Source of the DNA: Candidatus Moraniibacteriota bacterium
GTDB taxonomy: Bacteria; Patescibacteriota; Minisyncoccia; Moranbacterales; UBA11712
DNA: 64,000 nucleotides
NCBI GenBank assembly: GCA_028695025.1
Contig: JAQVJV010000002.1
Span: 18,998-82,997, forward strand
Reading direction: 5' to 3'
Shown here: piece after piece, positions 1 through 11,169 of the stretch
Layout of the letters: each line of letters starts with the position of its first letter
Position numbering within the stretch: the stretch's first letter is position 1
Made by a program: the position numbers and the translations under genes
Notes under the pieces: model-generated
Database searches by the model: none
The model's input: the letters and a program-made list of their open reading frames with translations, nothing else
Told to the model about the DNA's origin: nothing

Positions 1-104
1 ATCTTGACTCGTAAAGCGTCAAGACCGCACATAGAGCAGGAAGTTTTGTGAAAATAACTAACCAAACCGTTATAATTTCGGCAATCTTTCAATTTCAGAC
101 TCAT
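1..104 (-). CDS. hypothetical protein, 5' portion only (runs off window start)
   Basis: ATG at 104-102 preceded by a GGGAG Shine-Dalgarno; open frame MSLKLKDCRNYNGLVSYFHKTSCSMCGLDALRVK to the window edge. Confidence 0.5.
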   Translation of the reverse strand, partial: MSLKLKDCRNYNGLVSYFHKTSCSMCGLDALRVK

Positions 105-273
105 GACTTTCTCCCTGTTTAATTGATTTTTAAAGATCTATTGCTACAACTCGATCCCTTTTCGGTTTCTCATCGTAACAGCCAAGTATATCATTTTTGG
201 AGAGAATAGTCCATAGATACAGACAATAAAGAAAAATAGTTTCATGAAACATTGGGTTATAGTGGCTTATATA

Positions 274-302
274 TTGCAATATATTGCGGGATGTGCTATA
301 AT
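274..302 (+). promoter_or_regulatory. sigma70-type promoter for the TrmB-family gene
   Basis: TTGCAA (274-279), 17 bp, TG-n-TATAAT (297-302). Confidence 0.6.
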
Positions 303-327
303 AATTATGACGTCGGAAAAGATGACA

Positions 328-434
328 CCTCACCCCAACCCTCTCCTTATAAAGGAGAGGGAGCCCAGCAAGAACATACTAATTGCTAAAAACTGATCGC
401 CTTCTCCTTGGTAAGGAGAAGGAGGGATGAGGTT
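328..434. repeat. inverted pair of REP-like hairpins (CCTCACCCC..CCCTCTCCTT-loop-AAGGAGAGGG family)
   Basis: copies at 328-362 and, inverted, 400-434; similar copies at 2107, 14968, 26786, 29372, 38089 and 63495. Confidence 0.8.
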
Positions 435-441
435 AAAATAT

Positions 442-1167
442 ATGCAAACAGAAGACCTAAAAAACGCTGGTTTAAGCCAAAATGAGGCAAAAGTGTACCT
501 CGCCGCTTTGGAATTGGGCGAAACAAGCATATACAGGCTTGCCAAGAAATCAGGCGTGAAAAGAACGACGACCTATTTGGCCGTCGAAACCCTCAAGGAA
601 AAAGGGCTTATTTCAAGCTATGAACGTGACAATACCTTAGTTGTTTATGCGGAAAATCCCAAAAAACTCACAGATCAGCTGGAAGAACGGAAAAGAGCCC
701 TTGAAAAAATCATGCCAGAGCTTCTCGCTTTCACGAACCTCATCGACAAAAAACCGAAAATTCGCTATTTCGAAGGGAAAGAGGCGTACAAAGAAGTATT
801 TGGCGATGTTTTGAATTATCCTGACAGTGAAACCCTGGTTACCTTCAATGAAAAATTCTGGGACTGGGATGGTTATTTTAAGACCTATTTCATGCCCAAA
901 CGAAAGGAGAAGAAGATTTGGGCTCGAATTCTTTTTCGTGACACGCCGGAATTGAGAGCTGTCGGAGCGCAAGCGGAAGAATATCTCTCACGCGCCAAGT
1001 TTGTTCCGTCTGAAAATTTCAAAATCGGGATTGAAATGGTTCTCTATGGGCGCGACAAGGTTGGGATGGTTTCTTATGAAGAAGAAATTGCCATCATCAT
1101 CGAAAGCAAGATGATATACGACACGCAAAAAAGTTTTTTTGAAGTGATTTGGGAGGGGGCGAAATAA
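442..1167 (+). CDS. TrmB-family transcriptional regulator
   Basis: GLSQNEAKVYLAALELGE..KSGVKRTTTY wHTH plus KPKIRYFEG C-terminal domain; the ATG at 427 lies in the repeat, so 442 is preferred. Confidence 0.9.
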   Translation: MQTEDLKNAGLSQNEAKVYLAALELGETSIYRLAKKSGVKRTTTYLAVETLKEKGLISSYERDNTLVVYAENPKKLTDQLEERKRALEKIMPELLAFTNLIDKKPKIRYFEGKEAYKEVFGDVLNYPDSETLVTFNEKFWDWDGYFKTYFMPKRKEKKIWARILFRDTPELRAVGAQAEEYLSRAKFVPSENFKIGIEMVLYGRDKVGMVSYEEEIAIIIESKMIYDTQKSFFEVIWEGAK

Positions 1168-1254
1168 AAAATCCGAAAGGTCATCCATGCTTGGCAAAAT
1201 AGTGATATGGTGATATAATTTCAGCAAAGGATAATCTTTCAAAAATTCACCAAC

Positions 1255-2091
1255 ATGAAAAAAGAAAAACATTTGGCCATATTTGACGGCAAAAAAATTA
1301 GAAGAGATTGGAATGAAAAAGAAGAGAGGTGGTATTTTTCAGTAGTGGATATTGTCGAAGTTCTCACGGATAGCGTCAACCCGCGAGATTATTGGTTCAA
1401 GATGAAAAAGCGGGTAAAAAGCGAAGATGGAGTTGAGTTGTCGACAATTTGCCGACAACTGAAAATGCGCTCCACGGATGGTAAATATTATTTGACGGAT
1501 GCAGCTGACACTGAAGCTATATTTCGCATTATCCAGTCGGTTCCGTCGCCAAAGGCTGAACCGTTCAAAAGATGGCTGGCCAGAGTCGGTTATGAGCGAA
1601 TCGAAGAAATCAATGATCCGGAACGGGCGCTAAACCGCAGCCGGGAATATTGGCGGCGGATGGGCAGGAGCGAAAAGTGGATCCAACAGAGAATGATGGG
1701 CCAGGAAGTGCGAAACAAGCTCACCGATTACTGGCGCGATCACGAGGTGACGGAGCAAGAAGAATACGCGATTCTCACCAATATCATCCACGAAGAATGG
1801 TCGGATTTCACCGTAAAAGAACACAAAAAGCTCAAGAAACTGAAAACGGAAAATCTGCGCGACCATATGTCGGACGCGGAATTGATCTTCACGGCGCTTG
1901 CGGAACTTTCCACCCGCCAAATTGCCGAAGTGGAGCAATCCCGCGGCTTTCAGGAGAACAAAATTCCGGCCAAACGCGGCGGCCGGATCGCCAAACGTGC
2001 CCGGATTGATCTGGAAAATAAAACAGGGAGAAAGGTTGTGACGGGGGAGAATTTCAAACTGCCTTCATCGCAGAAAAAACTGATAAAATAA
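1255..2091 (+). CDS. BRO-N domain (phage antirepressor-like) protein
   Basis: WYFSVVDIV, IIQSVPSPKAEPFKRWLA and NLRDHMSDAELIF motifs typical of the BRO family. Confidence 0.85.
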   Translation: MKKEKHLAIFDGKKIRRDWNEKEERWYFSVVDIVEVLTDSVNPRDYWFKMKKRVKSEDGVELSTICRQLKMRSTDGKYYLTDAADTEAIFRIIQSVPSPKAEPFKRWLARVGYERIEEINDPERALNRSREYWRRMGRSEKWIQQRMMGQEVRNKLTDYWRDHEVTEQEEYAILTNIIHEEWSDFTVKEHKKLKKLKTENLRDHMSDAELIFTALAELSTRQIAEVEQSRGFQENKIPAKRGGRIAKRARIDLENKTGRKVVTGENFKLPSSQKKLIK

Positions 2092-2106
2092 ATCCACTCC
2101 TCGTAC

Positions 2107-2143
2107 AACCTCACCCTGACCCTCTCCTTGGTAAGGAGAGGGA
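2107..2143. repeat. REP-like hairpin, CCTCACCC family
   Basis: aacctcaccctgaccctctccttggtaaggagaggga. Confidence 0.8.
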
Positions 2144-2180
2144 TTTGCGGATGTTGCAGAAATACTATAATCTTCAATTT

Positions 2181-2627
2181 ATGCAGCTGAAACTCTATAT
2201 CGAAGAGAACAATTTCATAAAACTCGCGCTTTTTGAGGGAAAAAAGGTGCTTGATAGCCTAGAATGGCAGGATGAGAACGATTTATCTCACAAACTTTTG
2301 GCGAATTTGGATAAAATTTTGAGGAAAAATAAGTTAGGACTTGACCCCGCCCCAATTTTGCGGGAAATAAATTTATCTTCAAAAGATGCAAAGAATAAAA
2401 AGCGAATACAGCTCGACGCTGGTCAAAAAGGCCGGGCTATTCGCCCGACGCGCCGAGCAGGTTTTCAGGGGCAAAATTGGAGCGGGGTTGACAAACTTGA
2501 TAAGTACAATATAATAAGTCAAGTGCCGCGGAAATGGACGACGTACCGGATCGCGGAAATTGCTTTTGAAACGCTAAAAATCGGAGAAAATTCAAGTCCT
2601 ATTGCCAAGAATAAGCAAGCATGTTAG
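2181..2627 (+). CDS. short TsaB-like protein carrying a 49-aa in-frame insertion
   Basis: LSHKLLANLDKILRK and WTTYRIAEI resemble the TsaB N-terminal lobe; the GPGSFTGLR motif is degenerate. Confidence 0.55.
   Translation: MQLKLYIEENNFIKLALFEGKKVLDSLEWQDENDLSHKLLANLDKILRKNKLGLDPAPILREINLSSKDAKNKKRIQLDAGQKGRAIRPTRRAGFQGQNWSGVDKLDKYNIISQVPRKWTTYRIAEIAFETLKIGENSSPIAKNKQAC
2345..2487. mobile_element. MITE-like element, 17-bp TIRs, TTGA target-site duplication
   Basis: ccccgccccaattttgc (2345-2361) and gcaaaattggagcgggg (2471-2487), one mismatch; TTGA at 2341-2344 and 2488-2491; 147 bp total keeps the frame. Confidence 0.85.
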
Positions 2628-2630
2628 AAT
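2602..2630 (+). promoter_or_regulatory. putative rpoBC promoter
   Basis: TTGCCA, 17 bp, TG-n-TAGAAT; a second TTGACA-16-TATAAT lies at 2488-2515. Confidence 0.55.
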
Positions 2631-2767
2631 CGAATCAAGATACAAATCTTTTCGGGTGAACCAATCAAACCAAGCATAACTAAATATTCTTAACTAAACC
2701 ACTTAGCCAAAACCAACCGCTTCCCAGAATTTGCCGAAGCGGAAATTTGGAGAGTGGCGTGTCTTTT

Positions 2768-5700
2768 ATGTCTCAAGAGGCCAAAACCCTCGGGGTGAAA
2801 GAGTCTTTCAGCCCGCAATCCTCTCTCCATAAGAGGAAATTTTTCAACCGGCGCGCAATGGTGTCCCTTCCGAACTTGATCGAAACGCAAACCATGTCAT
2901 ATGACTGGTTTCTCGCGGAAGGTATGCGTGAACTCCTCGATGAGGTTAACCCAATTGAGGATTTCACCGGAAAAGATTTGGAACTTTCTTTTGGAAAATA
3001 TTATCTTGACGAGCCGAAATACGACGAGAAAACGTCGAAAGAAAAAAATATCTCTTTTGAGGCGCCGCTCCGGTGCGCGGTGAGCCTTCTCAACAAACAG
3101 ACCGGGGAGGTGAAAGAACAGGAAGTTTATCTTGGAGACTTGCCGATCATGACCGACCGGGGAACTTTCATCATCAACGGCGTGGAAAGAGTGGTGGTGA
3201 GCCAGCTTATCCGAAGCCCGGGAGTCTTTTTCACGATGGAATATCAGAAGGGAAAGAAACTTTTCGGGGCGAAAATCATTCCGAACCGCGGAGCTTGGCT
3301 CGAAATGGAAACGGATCTTGACGGAGCCATTTGGGTGAAAATCGACCGCAAGCGAAAAGTGGCGATCACTTCTCTTTTGCGGGCTTTTGGCATTTCCACG
3401 GACGAGCTTTTGGCCAAAACTTTCGCCGATGTGAACAAAGGCGAGACGAATTATCTTGAAGCGACGATTGGGCGCGACGCGGCGAAGACCCAGGGAGATG
3501 GATTCAAGGAGGTTTACAAAAGAATTCGTCCGGGGGATCTCGCCTCCGTTGAAAACGCGCGGCAGATGATCGAATCGATGTTTTTCAATTTTGAGAGATA
3601 CGATTTCGGAAAAGTGGGGCGATACCGCTTGAACCAGCGTTTGGATGTGGATGAGCCGAATGACGAAGCGCATCGAATTTTGCGTCCGGAAGATTTGGTG
3701 CTGATCATCAAGGAAATTATCAATCTTAATAATAATCCGATGGCGGAGCCGGATGATATCGACCACCTTGGAAACCGGCGGGTGCGTTGTGTTGGGGAGC
3801 TTGTGCAAAACAAATTTCGGGCGGGACTTGCGCGCATGGTGCGAAATATCAAAGACCGGATGAGTACTTGCGATCTTGCCATAGTTGTTCCAGGTCAACT
3901 CGTAAACTCGCGTCCGGTGGCGGCGGCAGTCAAGGAATTTTTTGCTTCTTCCCAGCTTTCGCAATTCATGGATCAGGTGAATCCGCTGGCGGAACTTGAA
4001 CACAAGCGGCGGCTTTCCGCGATGGGGCCGGGCGGTCTCACCCGCGAACGGGCAAGCTTTGAAGTGCGCGATGTCCACCATTCCCACTACGGTCGGATTT
4101 GTCCGGTGCAGACGCCGGAAGGCCCGAACATCGGATTGGTGAATCATTTGTCTTGCTACGCGCGCATCAACGAGTTCGGTTTTCTCGAGACTCCGTATCG
4201 AAAAGTTGAGTTGAAGGACGGCAAGCCGTTTGTCACCAAAGATATTGAATATTTGAACGCGACCGTGGAAGATCGGAAAGTTATTGCTCACGCGGATATC
4301 CTGATTGACGACGATGGATATATCCAGGAAGAAAAAATTGAAGCGCGGGTGAAAGGGAAGCCGTCGGTGATTGAAGCGACGAAGGTTGACTATGTCGATG
4401 TTTCGCCGAAACAGTGTATTTCAATTGCCACTTCGCTCATTCCGTTCCTTGAGCACGACGATGCTCACCGGGCTCTCATGGGTTCAAACATGCAGCGCCA
4501 GGCAGTATCTTGCATTCTGCCGGATTCGCCGCTGGTGGGAACGGGGCTTGAAGACAAAGCGGCGGCTGATTCGGGACAGGTGATCCTTGCGCGCGAAGAC
4601 GGGGAAGTGGCGGAAGTGGATGCGGCACATATCACCCTCAAGACGGAAAAAGACGGAAAATCAACGAAGAAAATTTATTGGCTCCAGAATTTCGAACGCT
4701 CGAACGCTTTCACTTGTATGAATCAGATTCCGCGGGTTTCCCGGGGACAAAAAGTGGCGAAAGGCCAGCTTCTCGCGGACGGAGCTTCGACGGACAATGG
4801 GGAATTGGCGCTCGGCCAGAATGTTTTGGTGGCGCTCATGCCTTGGGAGGGGAACAACTTTGAAGACGCTATCATCATTTCTGAACGGTTGCTTCAGGCG
4901 GATCGCTATACTTCCATTCATATTGAAGATTTTTCAGTGGATATCCGTGATACGAAGCTTGGCCCGGAAGTGGTGACGCGAGATATTCCGAATATCGGTG
5001 AAGAGCGGCTCAAAAATCTTGACGATACGGGGATCATCCATATTGGAGCGGAGGTTTCTTCGGGAGATATTCTTGTCGGGAAAATTTCACCGAAAGGGGA
5101 AGGCGATCTCACCCCGGAAGAAAGATTGCTTCGCGCCATCTTCGGAGAAAAATCAAAGGACGTGAAAGATACTTCGCTTTATCTTCCGCACGGGGAACAT
5201 GGAAAAGTGGTGGATATCAAAATCTTTTCGCGCGAGCAGGGCGACAAGCTTCCGGCAGGAGTGATCCAGCAGATTCAGGTGAGTGTGGCGCAGCTTCGCA
5301 AAATTTCAGTGGGCGACAAGCTTGCCGGACGACACGGAAACAAGGGAGTGATTTCGAAAATTGCGGCGGTCGAAGATATGCCTTGCCTTCCGGATGGCCG
5401 ACCGGTGGATATCATACTCAATCCGCTTGGAGTGGCTTCGCGTATGAACATCGGCCAGATTCTTGAGGCGCATCTCGGTTGGGCGGCTTCCGAACTCGGA
5501 TACAAAATCGCAAGTCCCGCCCTTGACGGAGTGAGCGAACAGAACATAAAAGAGGAACTTAAGAAAGCGGGCCTTCCTGAAGACGGAAAGATGCGGCTTA
5601 TGAACGGAAAGACAGGAGAGTACTTCGACGAAAAAACCATGGTGGGATATATGTATATCATGAAGCTCAACCACTTAGTGGAAGACAAAATTCACATGCG

Positions 5701-6052
5701 TTCTATCGGACCGTACTCGCTCATCACCCAGCAGCCTCTCGGCGGAAAAGCCCAATTCGGAGGCCAGCGCTTCGGGGAAATGGAAGTGTGGGCGCTCGAA
5801 GGATACGGCAGTGCGCATACGCTTCAGGAAATGATGACAATCAAATCGGACGACCAGCTCGGCCGCTCGAAAGCCTATGAATCGATCATCAAGGGCGAAC
5901 GGATCAAGAGTCCGAACATCCCGGCTTCTTTCAACGTGTTAGTAAACGAACTCAAGGGGCTTTGCCTCAATATCGAATCGGTCGGCGAGAAAACGGAAGT
6001 TGACGAGGAAGAGAAAACCGGATCGGAGAGAAAGGATGACGGAGAGGAATAA
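2768..6052 (+). CDS. rpoB: DNA-directed RNA polymerase subunit beta
   Basis: [37 protein letters not shown]; start uncertain (2747 TTG, 2768 ATG). Confidence 0.99.
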   Translation: MSQEAKTLGVKESFSPQSSLHKRKFFNRRAMVSLPNLIETQTMSYDWFLAEGMRELLDEVNPIEDFTGKDLELSFGKYYLDEPKYDEKTSKEKNISFEAPLRCAVSLLNKQTGEVKEQEVYLGDLPIMTDRGTFIINGVERVVVSQLIRSPGVFFTMEYQKGKKLFGAKIIPNRGAWLEMETDLDGAIWVKIDRKRKVAITSLLRAFGISTDELLAKTFADVNKGETNYLEATIGRDAAKTQGDGFKEVYKRIRPGDLASVENARQMIESMFFNFERYDFGKVGRYRLNQRLDVDEPNDEAHRILRPEDLVLIIKEIINLNNNPMAEPDDIDHLGNRRVRCVGELVQNKFRAGLARMVRNIKDRMSTCDLAIVVPGQLVNSRPVAAAVKEFFASSQLSQFMDQVNPLAELEHKRRLSAMGPGGLTRERASFEVRDVHHSHYGRICPVQTPEGPNIGLVNHLSCYARINEFGFLETPYRKVELKDGKPFVTKDIEYLNATVEDRKVIAHADILIDDDGYIQEEKIEARVKGKPSVIEATKVDYVDVSPKQCISIATSLIPFLEHDDAHRALMGSNMQRQAVSCILPDSPLVGTGLEDKAAADSGQVILAREDGEVAEVDAAHITLKTEKDGKSTKKIYWLQNFERSNAFTCMNQIPRVSRGQKVAKGQLLADGASTDNGELALGQNVLVALMPWEGNNFEDAIIISERLLQADRYTSIHIEDFSVDIRDTKLGPEVVTRDIPNIGEERLKNLDDTGIIHIGAEVSSGDILVGKISPKGEGDLTPEERLLRAIFGEKSKDVKDTSLYLPHGEHGKVVDIKIFSREQGDKLPAGVIQQIQVSVAQLRKISVGDKLAGRHGNKGVISKIAAVEDMPCLPDGRPVDIILNPLGVASRMNIGQILEAHLGWAASELGYKIASPALDGVSEQNIKEELKKAGLPEDGKMRLMNGKTGEYFDEKTMVGYMYIMKLNHLVEDKIHMRSIGPYSLITQQPLGGKAQFGGQRFGEMEVWALEGYGSAHTLQEMMTIKSDDQLGRSKAYESIIKGERIKSPNIPASFNVLVNELKGLCLNIESVGEKTEVDEEEKTGSERKDDGEE

Positions 6053-6097
6053 ATTTTTTAAACTTATTGGAAACTTAAAATTTATTGATCCTTGATC

Positions 6098-6133
6098 CCC
6101 GCCTGCAGCGCTATGCGCAGCATTGCGGGCAGG
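6098..6133 (-). repeat. 36-bp palindromic repeat (PARNA..AGG family)
   Basis: reverse complement matches 39927-39962 at 32/36 positions. Confidence 0.85.
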
Positions 6134-6156
6134 TTTGATCACTGATCGCTGAAAAT

Positions 6157-9100
6157 ATGAATCAACAAAATGCCACCAAAGTGAGCGACTTCGACGCAAT
6201 CCGATTGAAGCTCGCGAGTCCCGACGATATCCTCAATTGGTCCCACGGCGAGGTGACAAAGCCGGAGACAATCAACTATCGCACCCAAAGATACGAGCGC
6301 GACGGTCTTTTTTGCGAAAAAATTTTCGGACCAGCCAAGGACTGGGAATGTTACTGCGGAAAATACAAAAAAATCCGCTATAAAGGCATCATTTGCGACA
6401 AGTGCGGCGTGGAAGTAACACGCTCGATCGTCCGGCGGGAACGGCTGGGGCATATCAAGCTCGCGGTGCCGGTTTCTCATATTTGGTTTTTGCGGGGCGT
6501 GCCTTCCAAAATCGGCTTGTCGCTCGGCATGTCGGCGCAGGAATTGGAAAAGGTGGTTTACTTTGCGAGCTATATTGTCATGGAAGTGGATGAGGATGCC
6601 CGCAAGGAAGCGCTTGACCGGCTGGAAGCGGAATACAAAGGCAAGCAGAAGAAAAGCGAATCAGAAAAAGAGAATGAAGAACTCAAGGGCGCCTATCAAG
6701 CCGGCCGGGAAGAACTCAAGAGCCTTCGCCGGTTCCAGATCCTTTCCGAAGTGGAATATTTCAATTTGTCGCTCAAATATGGCCATGTTTTCAAGGCGGG
6801 AATCGGAGCGGAAGCAGTCCGGCGTATTTTGGAAGGGCTCAATATTGAAGAGGAGATCGCCCGGATCAACAAAGAGATTGAAGACGACAAAATTTCTGAC
6901 AAGAAAAAACTTTTAAAACAACTCAAATTGTTCCAGGGGTTCAGCCAGGCCGGCCTTCGTCCCGAATGGATGCTCCCAACCGTGATCCCGGTCATTCCGC
7001 CGGATCTTCGCCCGATGGTCCAGCTTGACGGGGGACGGTTTGCGACTTCGGATCTCAACGATCTCTACCGTCGTATCATCAACCGCAACAACCGGTTGAG
7101 AAAACTGATCGAGATCGGCGCGCCGGAAGTGATTTCCCGGAACGAAAAAAGAATGCTCCAAGAAGCGGTGGATGCGCTGTTTGATAACTCTGCCCGTCGG
7201 GGACAAACTTCGGTGGCGGCTTCAACTGGACAGAAGCGGGCCCTTCGGTCGCTGGCTGATATGCTCAAAGGAAAGCAAGGACGTTTCCGCCAGAACCTTC
7301 TTGGAAAGCGGGTGGATTATTCCGGTCGGAGCGTGATTGTGGTCGGACCGAAACTGAAACTCCATCAGTGCGGTTTGCCGAAGAAAATGGCTCTTGAACT
7401 TTTCAAACCTTTCATCATCAACAAGCTGATCGAAAGGGAATATGCCCACAACGTGCGAAGCGCTGGAAAAATGGTGGAATTCGAAGCGGAAGAAGCTTAT
7501 GAAATTCTTGACGATATCATCGAACATCACTATGTGCTTTTGAACCGCGCCCCGACCCTGCACCGTTTGAGTATCCAGGCTTTCCAGCCGGTGTTCATCG
7601 AAGGAAAAGCGATCCAGATCCATCCGATGGTATGTTCGGCTTTCAACGCGGACTTCGACGGAGACCAGATGGCGGTCCATGTGCCGCTCACCGAGGAAGC
7701 GCGCACCGAAGCGGGAAACATAATGCTTTCGGCGAAAAACCTTTTGAAGCCGGCGAGCGGAGACCCGATCACGATCCCGTCGCAGGACATGGTGCTCGGT
7801 TGTTACTATATGACCCATATCATGCCGGGCCGCACCGGAGAAGGAAAAATTTTTGCAACACCCGAAGAAGCGAAACTGGCCTATCATTTCGGAAGCGTTG
7901 ATCTCAAAGCGGAAATCGAAGTGGATTTTGGAACGGAAAGAAGGAAAACTTCTGTGGGCCGGATTCTTTTCAATGAAATCATGCCGGTGGAAATCGGTTT
8001 CGTGAATGAAGAAATGGACAAAGGAAAATTGAGAAAGATTGTGGCGCAGTGCCTTGAGATATCTGGACGGGACGAAACGGCCAAATTCGTGGACGAACTC
8101 AAAAATTTGGCATTCTCGCTTGTCACCCGTTCCGGAATCAGCTGGGGGATGGATGACCTTGCTGTTCCGGAAGAAAAGAAAAAGATCATGGAAGACGCTG
8201 AAGATCGGGTGGAGCTCATCAACAAGCAATATGGCATGGGGCTTCTCACCGACCGGGAAAGAAAAAGCCAGGTGATCGAGATTTGGAGCGAAGCGAAGAA
8301 TAAAATCACGGAAGCGGTGCGCGCTTCTCTCGACAAAGAAGGCCCGGTATATTCCATGGTATATTCCAAAGCGCGCGGCACGGAAGCGGTGGTGGTGCAG
8401 ATGACCGGAATGAAAGGGCTGGTGGCCGGTCCGACCGGGGAAACGATCGAACTGCCGATCAAATCATCGTTCAAAGAAGGTTTCAACGTCCTTGAATATT
8501 TCATTGCGACCCACGGAGCCCGGAAAGGTATGGCGGACACCGCCCTTCGGACGGCGACGGCCGGATACCTGACGCGGCGGCTTGTGGATGTGGCGCAGGA
8601 TGTCGTGGTTCGGGAAGTCGATTGCGGCGACGATCGGGGAAATTTCATGTATCGCGAAGACTCGGACGTGGTCGGCATCAGCTTTGCTTCCCGCATCACC
8701 GGACGCTATTTGATCGAAGATGTGGCTGATCCCAAGACGAAAAAAGCTATCCTCAAGGCGGGAGATCTCATCACGAAAGAAAAAGCGGAAGAGATTGAAA
8801 AAGCGAAAGTGGAAAAAATAAAGATCCGGTCTGTCGTCACTTGCCAGAGCCGGCGCGGAATATGCCAGAAATGCTATGGAATGGACCTGGGCCGGAACGA
8901 ACTTGTGCAGATCGGACAAGCGGTGGGAATCGTGGCGGCGCAGGCTATCGGAGAGCCGGGAACCCAGCTCACGATGCGTACTTTCCACATCGGAGGCGTC
9001 GCCGGAACGGATATCACCCAGGGACTTCCGCGCGTGGATGAAATTTTTGAATCCCGCCCGCCGAAAGGAGAAGCCGCCATTTCCGAAGTGGACGGGCAGG

Positions 9101-9723
9101 TGGTGGAAATCAAGGAAACGGAAAAAGAAAAAATTATCCGCATCGAAACCGCTCCTGACGAGAAAGGCAAAAAAGATACTCACGAATATGTTGTTTCCTC
9201 GGTCATGAACCTCGAGGTGGCAAAAGACGATCTCGTGGCCAAAGGGCAGGTGCTTTCCGAAGGGCATCTCGATCTCAAAAAACTTTTCAAGATTGAGGGT
9301 GAAGAAGCGGTCTACCGCTATATCATCAAGGAAGTGCAGGAAATATATTCCGCGCAAGGGGAAGGCATCAACGACAAGCATATCGAGGTGATCATCCGCC
9401 AGATGCTCTCGCGGGTGCGGATCCTTGATCCGGGCGACACGACCCTTCTTCCGGGAGACGTGGTGGAAGATGTCCAGCTTGTGGAAGCGAACGATATTGC
9501 GAAGAACGCCGGAAAAAATATCGCGACCGGCGAGAAACTGCTTCTCGGGATTTCGAAAGTGGCGCTTTCCACGGAAAGCTTCCTCTCGGCGGCATCTTTC
9601 CAGGAAACGGCGAAAGTTCTCATCAACGCGGCGGTCACCGGAAAGGAAGACAAACTTCGGGGCTTGAAAGAAAACGTAATCATCGGAAAACTGATCCCGG
9701 CGGGAACGGGATATCGGAAGTAG
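6157..9723 (+). CDS. rpoC: DNA-directed RNA polymerase subunit beta'
   Basis: NADFDGDQM catalytic motif, CYCGKYK..CDKC zinc finger, GLKENVIIG. Confidence 0.99.
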   Translation: MNQQNATKVSDFDAIRLKLASPDDILNWSHGEVTKPETINYRTQRYERDGLFCEKIFGPAKDWECYCGKYKKIRYKGIICDKCGVEVTRSIVRRERLGHIKLAVPVSHIWFLRGVPSKIGLSLGMSAQELEKVVYFASYIVMEVDEDARKEALDRLEAEYKGKQKKSESEKENEELKGAYQAGREELKSLRRFQILSEVEYFNLSLKYGHVFKAGIGAEAVRRILEGLNIEEEIARINKEIEDDKISDKKKLLKQLKLFQGFSQAGLRPEWMLPTVIPVIPPDLRPMVQLDGGRFATSDLNDLYRRIINRNNRLRKLIEIGAPEVISRNEKRMLQEAVDALFDNSARRGQTSVAASTGQKRALRSLADMLKGKQGRFRQNLLGKRVDYSGRSVIVVGPKLKLHQCGLPKKMALELFKPFIINKLIEREYAHNVRSAGKMVEFEAEEAYEILDDIIEHHYVLLNRAPTLHRLSIQAFQPVFIEGKAIQIHPMVCSAFNADFDGDQMAVHVPLTEEARTEAGNIMLSAKNLLKPASGDPITIPSQDMVLGCYYMTHIMPGRTGEGKIFATPEEAKLAYHFGSVDLKAEIEVDFGTERRKTSVGRILFNEIMPVEIGFVNEEMDKGKLRKIVAQCLEISGRDETAKFVDELKNLAFSLVTRSGISWGMDDLAVPEEKKKIMEDAEDRVELINKQYGMGLLTDRERKSQVIEIWSEAKNKITEAVRASLDKEGPVYSMVYSKARGTEAVVVQMTGMKGLVAGPTGETIELPIKSSFKEGFNVLEYFIATHGARKGMADTALRTATAGYLTRRLVDVAQDVVVREVDCGDDRGNFMYREDSDVVGISFASRITGRYLIEDVADPKTKKAILKAGDLITKEKAEEIEKAKVEKIKIRSVVTCQSRRGICQKCYGMDLGRNELVQIGQAVGIVAAQAIGEPGTQLTMRTFHIGGVAGTDITQGLPRVDEIFESRPPKGEAAISEVDGQVVEIKETEKEKIIRIETAPDEKGKKDTHEYVVSSVMNLEVAKDDLVAKGQVLSEGHLDLKKLFKIEGEEAVYRYIIKEVQEIYSAQGEGINDKHIEVIIRQMLSRVRILDPGDTTLLPGDVVEDVQLVEANDIAKNAGKNIATGEKLLLGISKVALSTESFLSAASFQETAKVLINAAVTGKEDKLRGLKENVIIGKLIPAGTGYRK

Positions 9724-9931
9724 TGTTTTATTTGTTTATATTTTCCTTATAGTTATGGATGAGTGGAAATTAATCGAAAAAACAAAACCTATTGAAAATA
9801 AGATCAATAATGCCCTTTCATATCTTCCTTCACTTAGAGAGGCTCGAGAAAAACATATACAAACATCGACAAGAAATTCAAACGCCAATGAGATTTGTTG
9901 GGAAGAGATGACGCGAGAATTTGTTGGACAT

Positions 9932-10231
9932 TTAGGCAATATATTCAAAGAAGATTTCTTCGCATAGTTTGGAAATTTCTTCAGCTTCCTTTTCGGCGCT
10001 TCGGACAATTTTTTTGTATTCGATCAGAATCAAATCATCTGTTTCTGAAGAACTTTTTTCATCTTTAGGTATAAGAGAAGAATCCATCATTTCCGGTGGC
10101 AGTTTTTTTCTTTGATCTGATTTTATTTTGTCAGTCAAAAATTCCATGGCTGGAAAATATCCTATATCTTCAATCTCGCTTGTTTTCCGTGAAGCACCCG
10201 GTCGGCTTTTGAGAATATGGACTTGGTCCAT
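9932..10231 (-). CDS. hypothetical protein
   Basis: 99-aa protein-like ORF downstream of and overlapping the HEPN gene; no recognisable motif. Confidence 0.3.
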   Translation of the reverse strand: MDQVHILKSRPGASRKTSEIEDIGYFPAMEFLTDKIKSDQRKKLPPEMMDSSLIPKDEKSSSETDDLILIEYKKIVRSAEKEAEEISKLCEEIFFEYIA

Positions 10232-10569
10232 TTTAAATATTCATCAGCCTCCTTTTTCGAAATTATTGCTCCGCCGCCATAAAGATCCCAATTTCTCTTT
10301 GCCCTCATTTCGTTGGCAAATACTTCGACTTCCGAATCGGAGAGGAGGCTGGAGAGTTTTTTGATGAGTTCGATGTGGTGGCCTCTTCTTGATTTCACCC
10401 GCAGATTTTGGCTGGCGCAAACCGCAATGGCCAGTTTGAGAAGCGCGTCGTAGCAAAAGCGAAAAGATACTTCGGCCACATTCGCTTCGCTGGCAATTCG
10501 AAAATCTCTTTGGGCGGATTTATGGTATTTTTCGATTTGTTTTCGGGAAAATTTGAAATGCTCGAACAT
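10162..10569 (-). CDS. HEPN-domain protein (putative toxin)
   Basis: helical protein with FCYDALLKLA, GHHIELI and MRAKRNWDLYGG; abuts the MNT gene. Confidence 0.75.
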   Translation of the reverse strand: MFEHFKFSRKQIEKYHKSAQRDFRIASEANVAEVSFRFCYDALLKLAIAVCASQNLRVKSRRGHHIELIKKLSSLLSDSEVEVFANEMRAKRNWDLYGGGAIISKKEADEYLKWTKSIFSKADRVLHGKQARLKI

Positions 10570-11115
10570 TCAAAATATTTTTATTGTTTTTTGCGAAAAT
10601 ATGTTTTTGATGAATTCATCTTTTTTCTTTCGGCGGATTTTCAGCTCGTTTCCCGTCATGTCCACGATATTCAGCTCCCGTCCCAATTTTTTCTCGAGCG
10701 GCAGAATCAAGCGCTTGGCCGAGAGGGAAGAGTGGCTTCCGACAAGCAGCAAATCAATGTCGCTTTCCTGCTGAAAAGAGTTTTTGGCGAAAGAGCCGAA
10801 AATCCAAGCCGATTCCAGCCCTTTTATTTTTTCCATTTCTTCTTTCAGGAGGTTCGCGACTCCGTATTTGGCATTATAGATTTGTTTTGTTTCCTTGAGA
10901 AGAGGATATTTTTCGTTGAGAAAAAAGTATTTTTGGTTTCCGGCCGCTTCCGAAAGCAAAATGCCTTCCTGTTCCAATTCCTTGAGCTTGCGAAAGAGAT
11001 TTCCCGGATCAGCTTCCAGAATTTCGGCCAGTTCGTTGATGTAATGTCTCCGGTGCGGATTGAGAAAGAAATATCCGAGCACTTTCACAGTGATTTTTGA
11101 GCGGAATTCAAGCAT
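10570..11115 (-). CDS. wHTH-fused minimal nucleotidyltransferase (MNT antitoxin-like)
   Basis: N-terminal wHTH (YINELAEIL..PGNLFRKLKELE) plus IFGSFAK..ESDIDLLLVG NTase motif. Confidence 0.9.
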   Translation of the reverse strand: MLEFRSKITVKVLGYFFLNPHRRHYINELAEILEADPGNLFRKLKELEQEGILLSEAAGNQKYFFLNEKYPLLKETKQIYNAKYGVANLLKEEMEKIKGLESAWIFGSFAKNSFQQESDIDLLLVGSHSSLSAKRLILPLEKKLGRELNIVDMTGNELKIRRKKKDEFIKNIFSQKTIKIF

Positions 11116-11118
11116 ATT

Positions 11119-11169
11119 ATTGCAATTATTTACAATGATTATTGTATATATTCACAATAATATTGTCAA
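11119..11169 (-). promoter_or_regulatory. promoter of the MNT-HEPN operon with tandem palindromic operators
   Basis: minus-strand TTGACA (11169-11164), 17 bp, TACAAT (11146-11141); ATTGY-N8-ACAAT at 11119-11136 and 11141-11158. Confidence 0.7.

Noticed and set aside
2897-9683. Long antisense ORFs inside rpoB/rpoC (464, 335, 305 aa), and similar ones in rnj, uvrA, groEL and pilB
   Set aside because: Shadow frames of conserved genes with biased codon usage; no motifs
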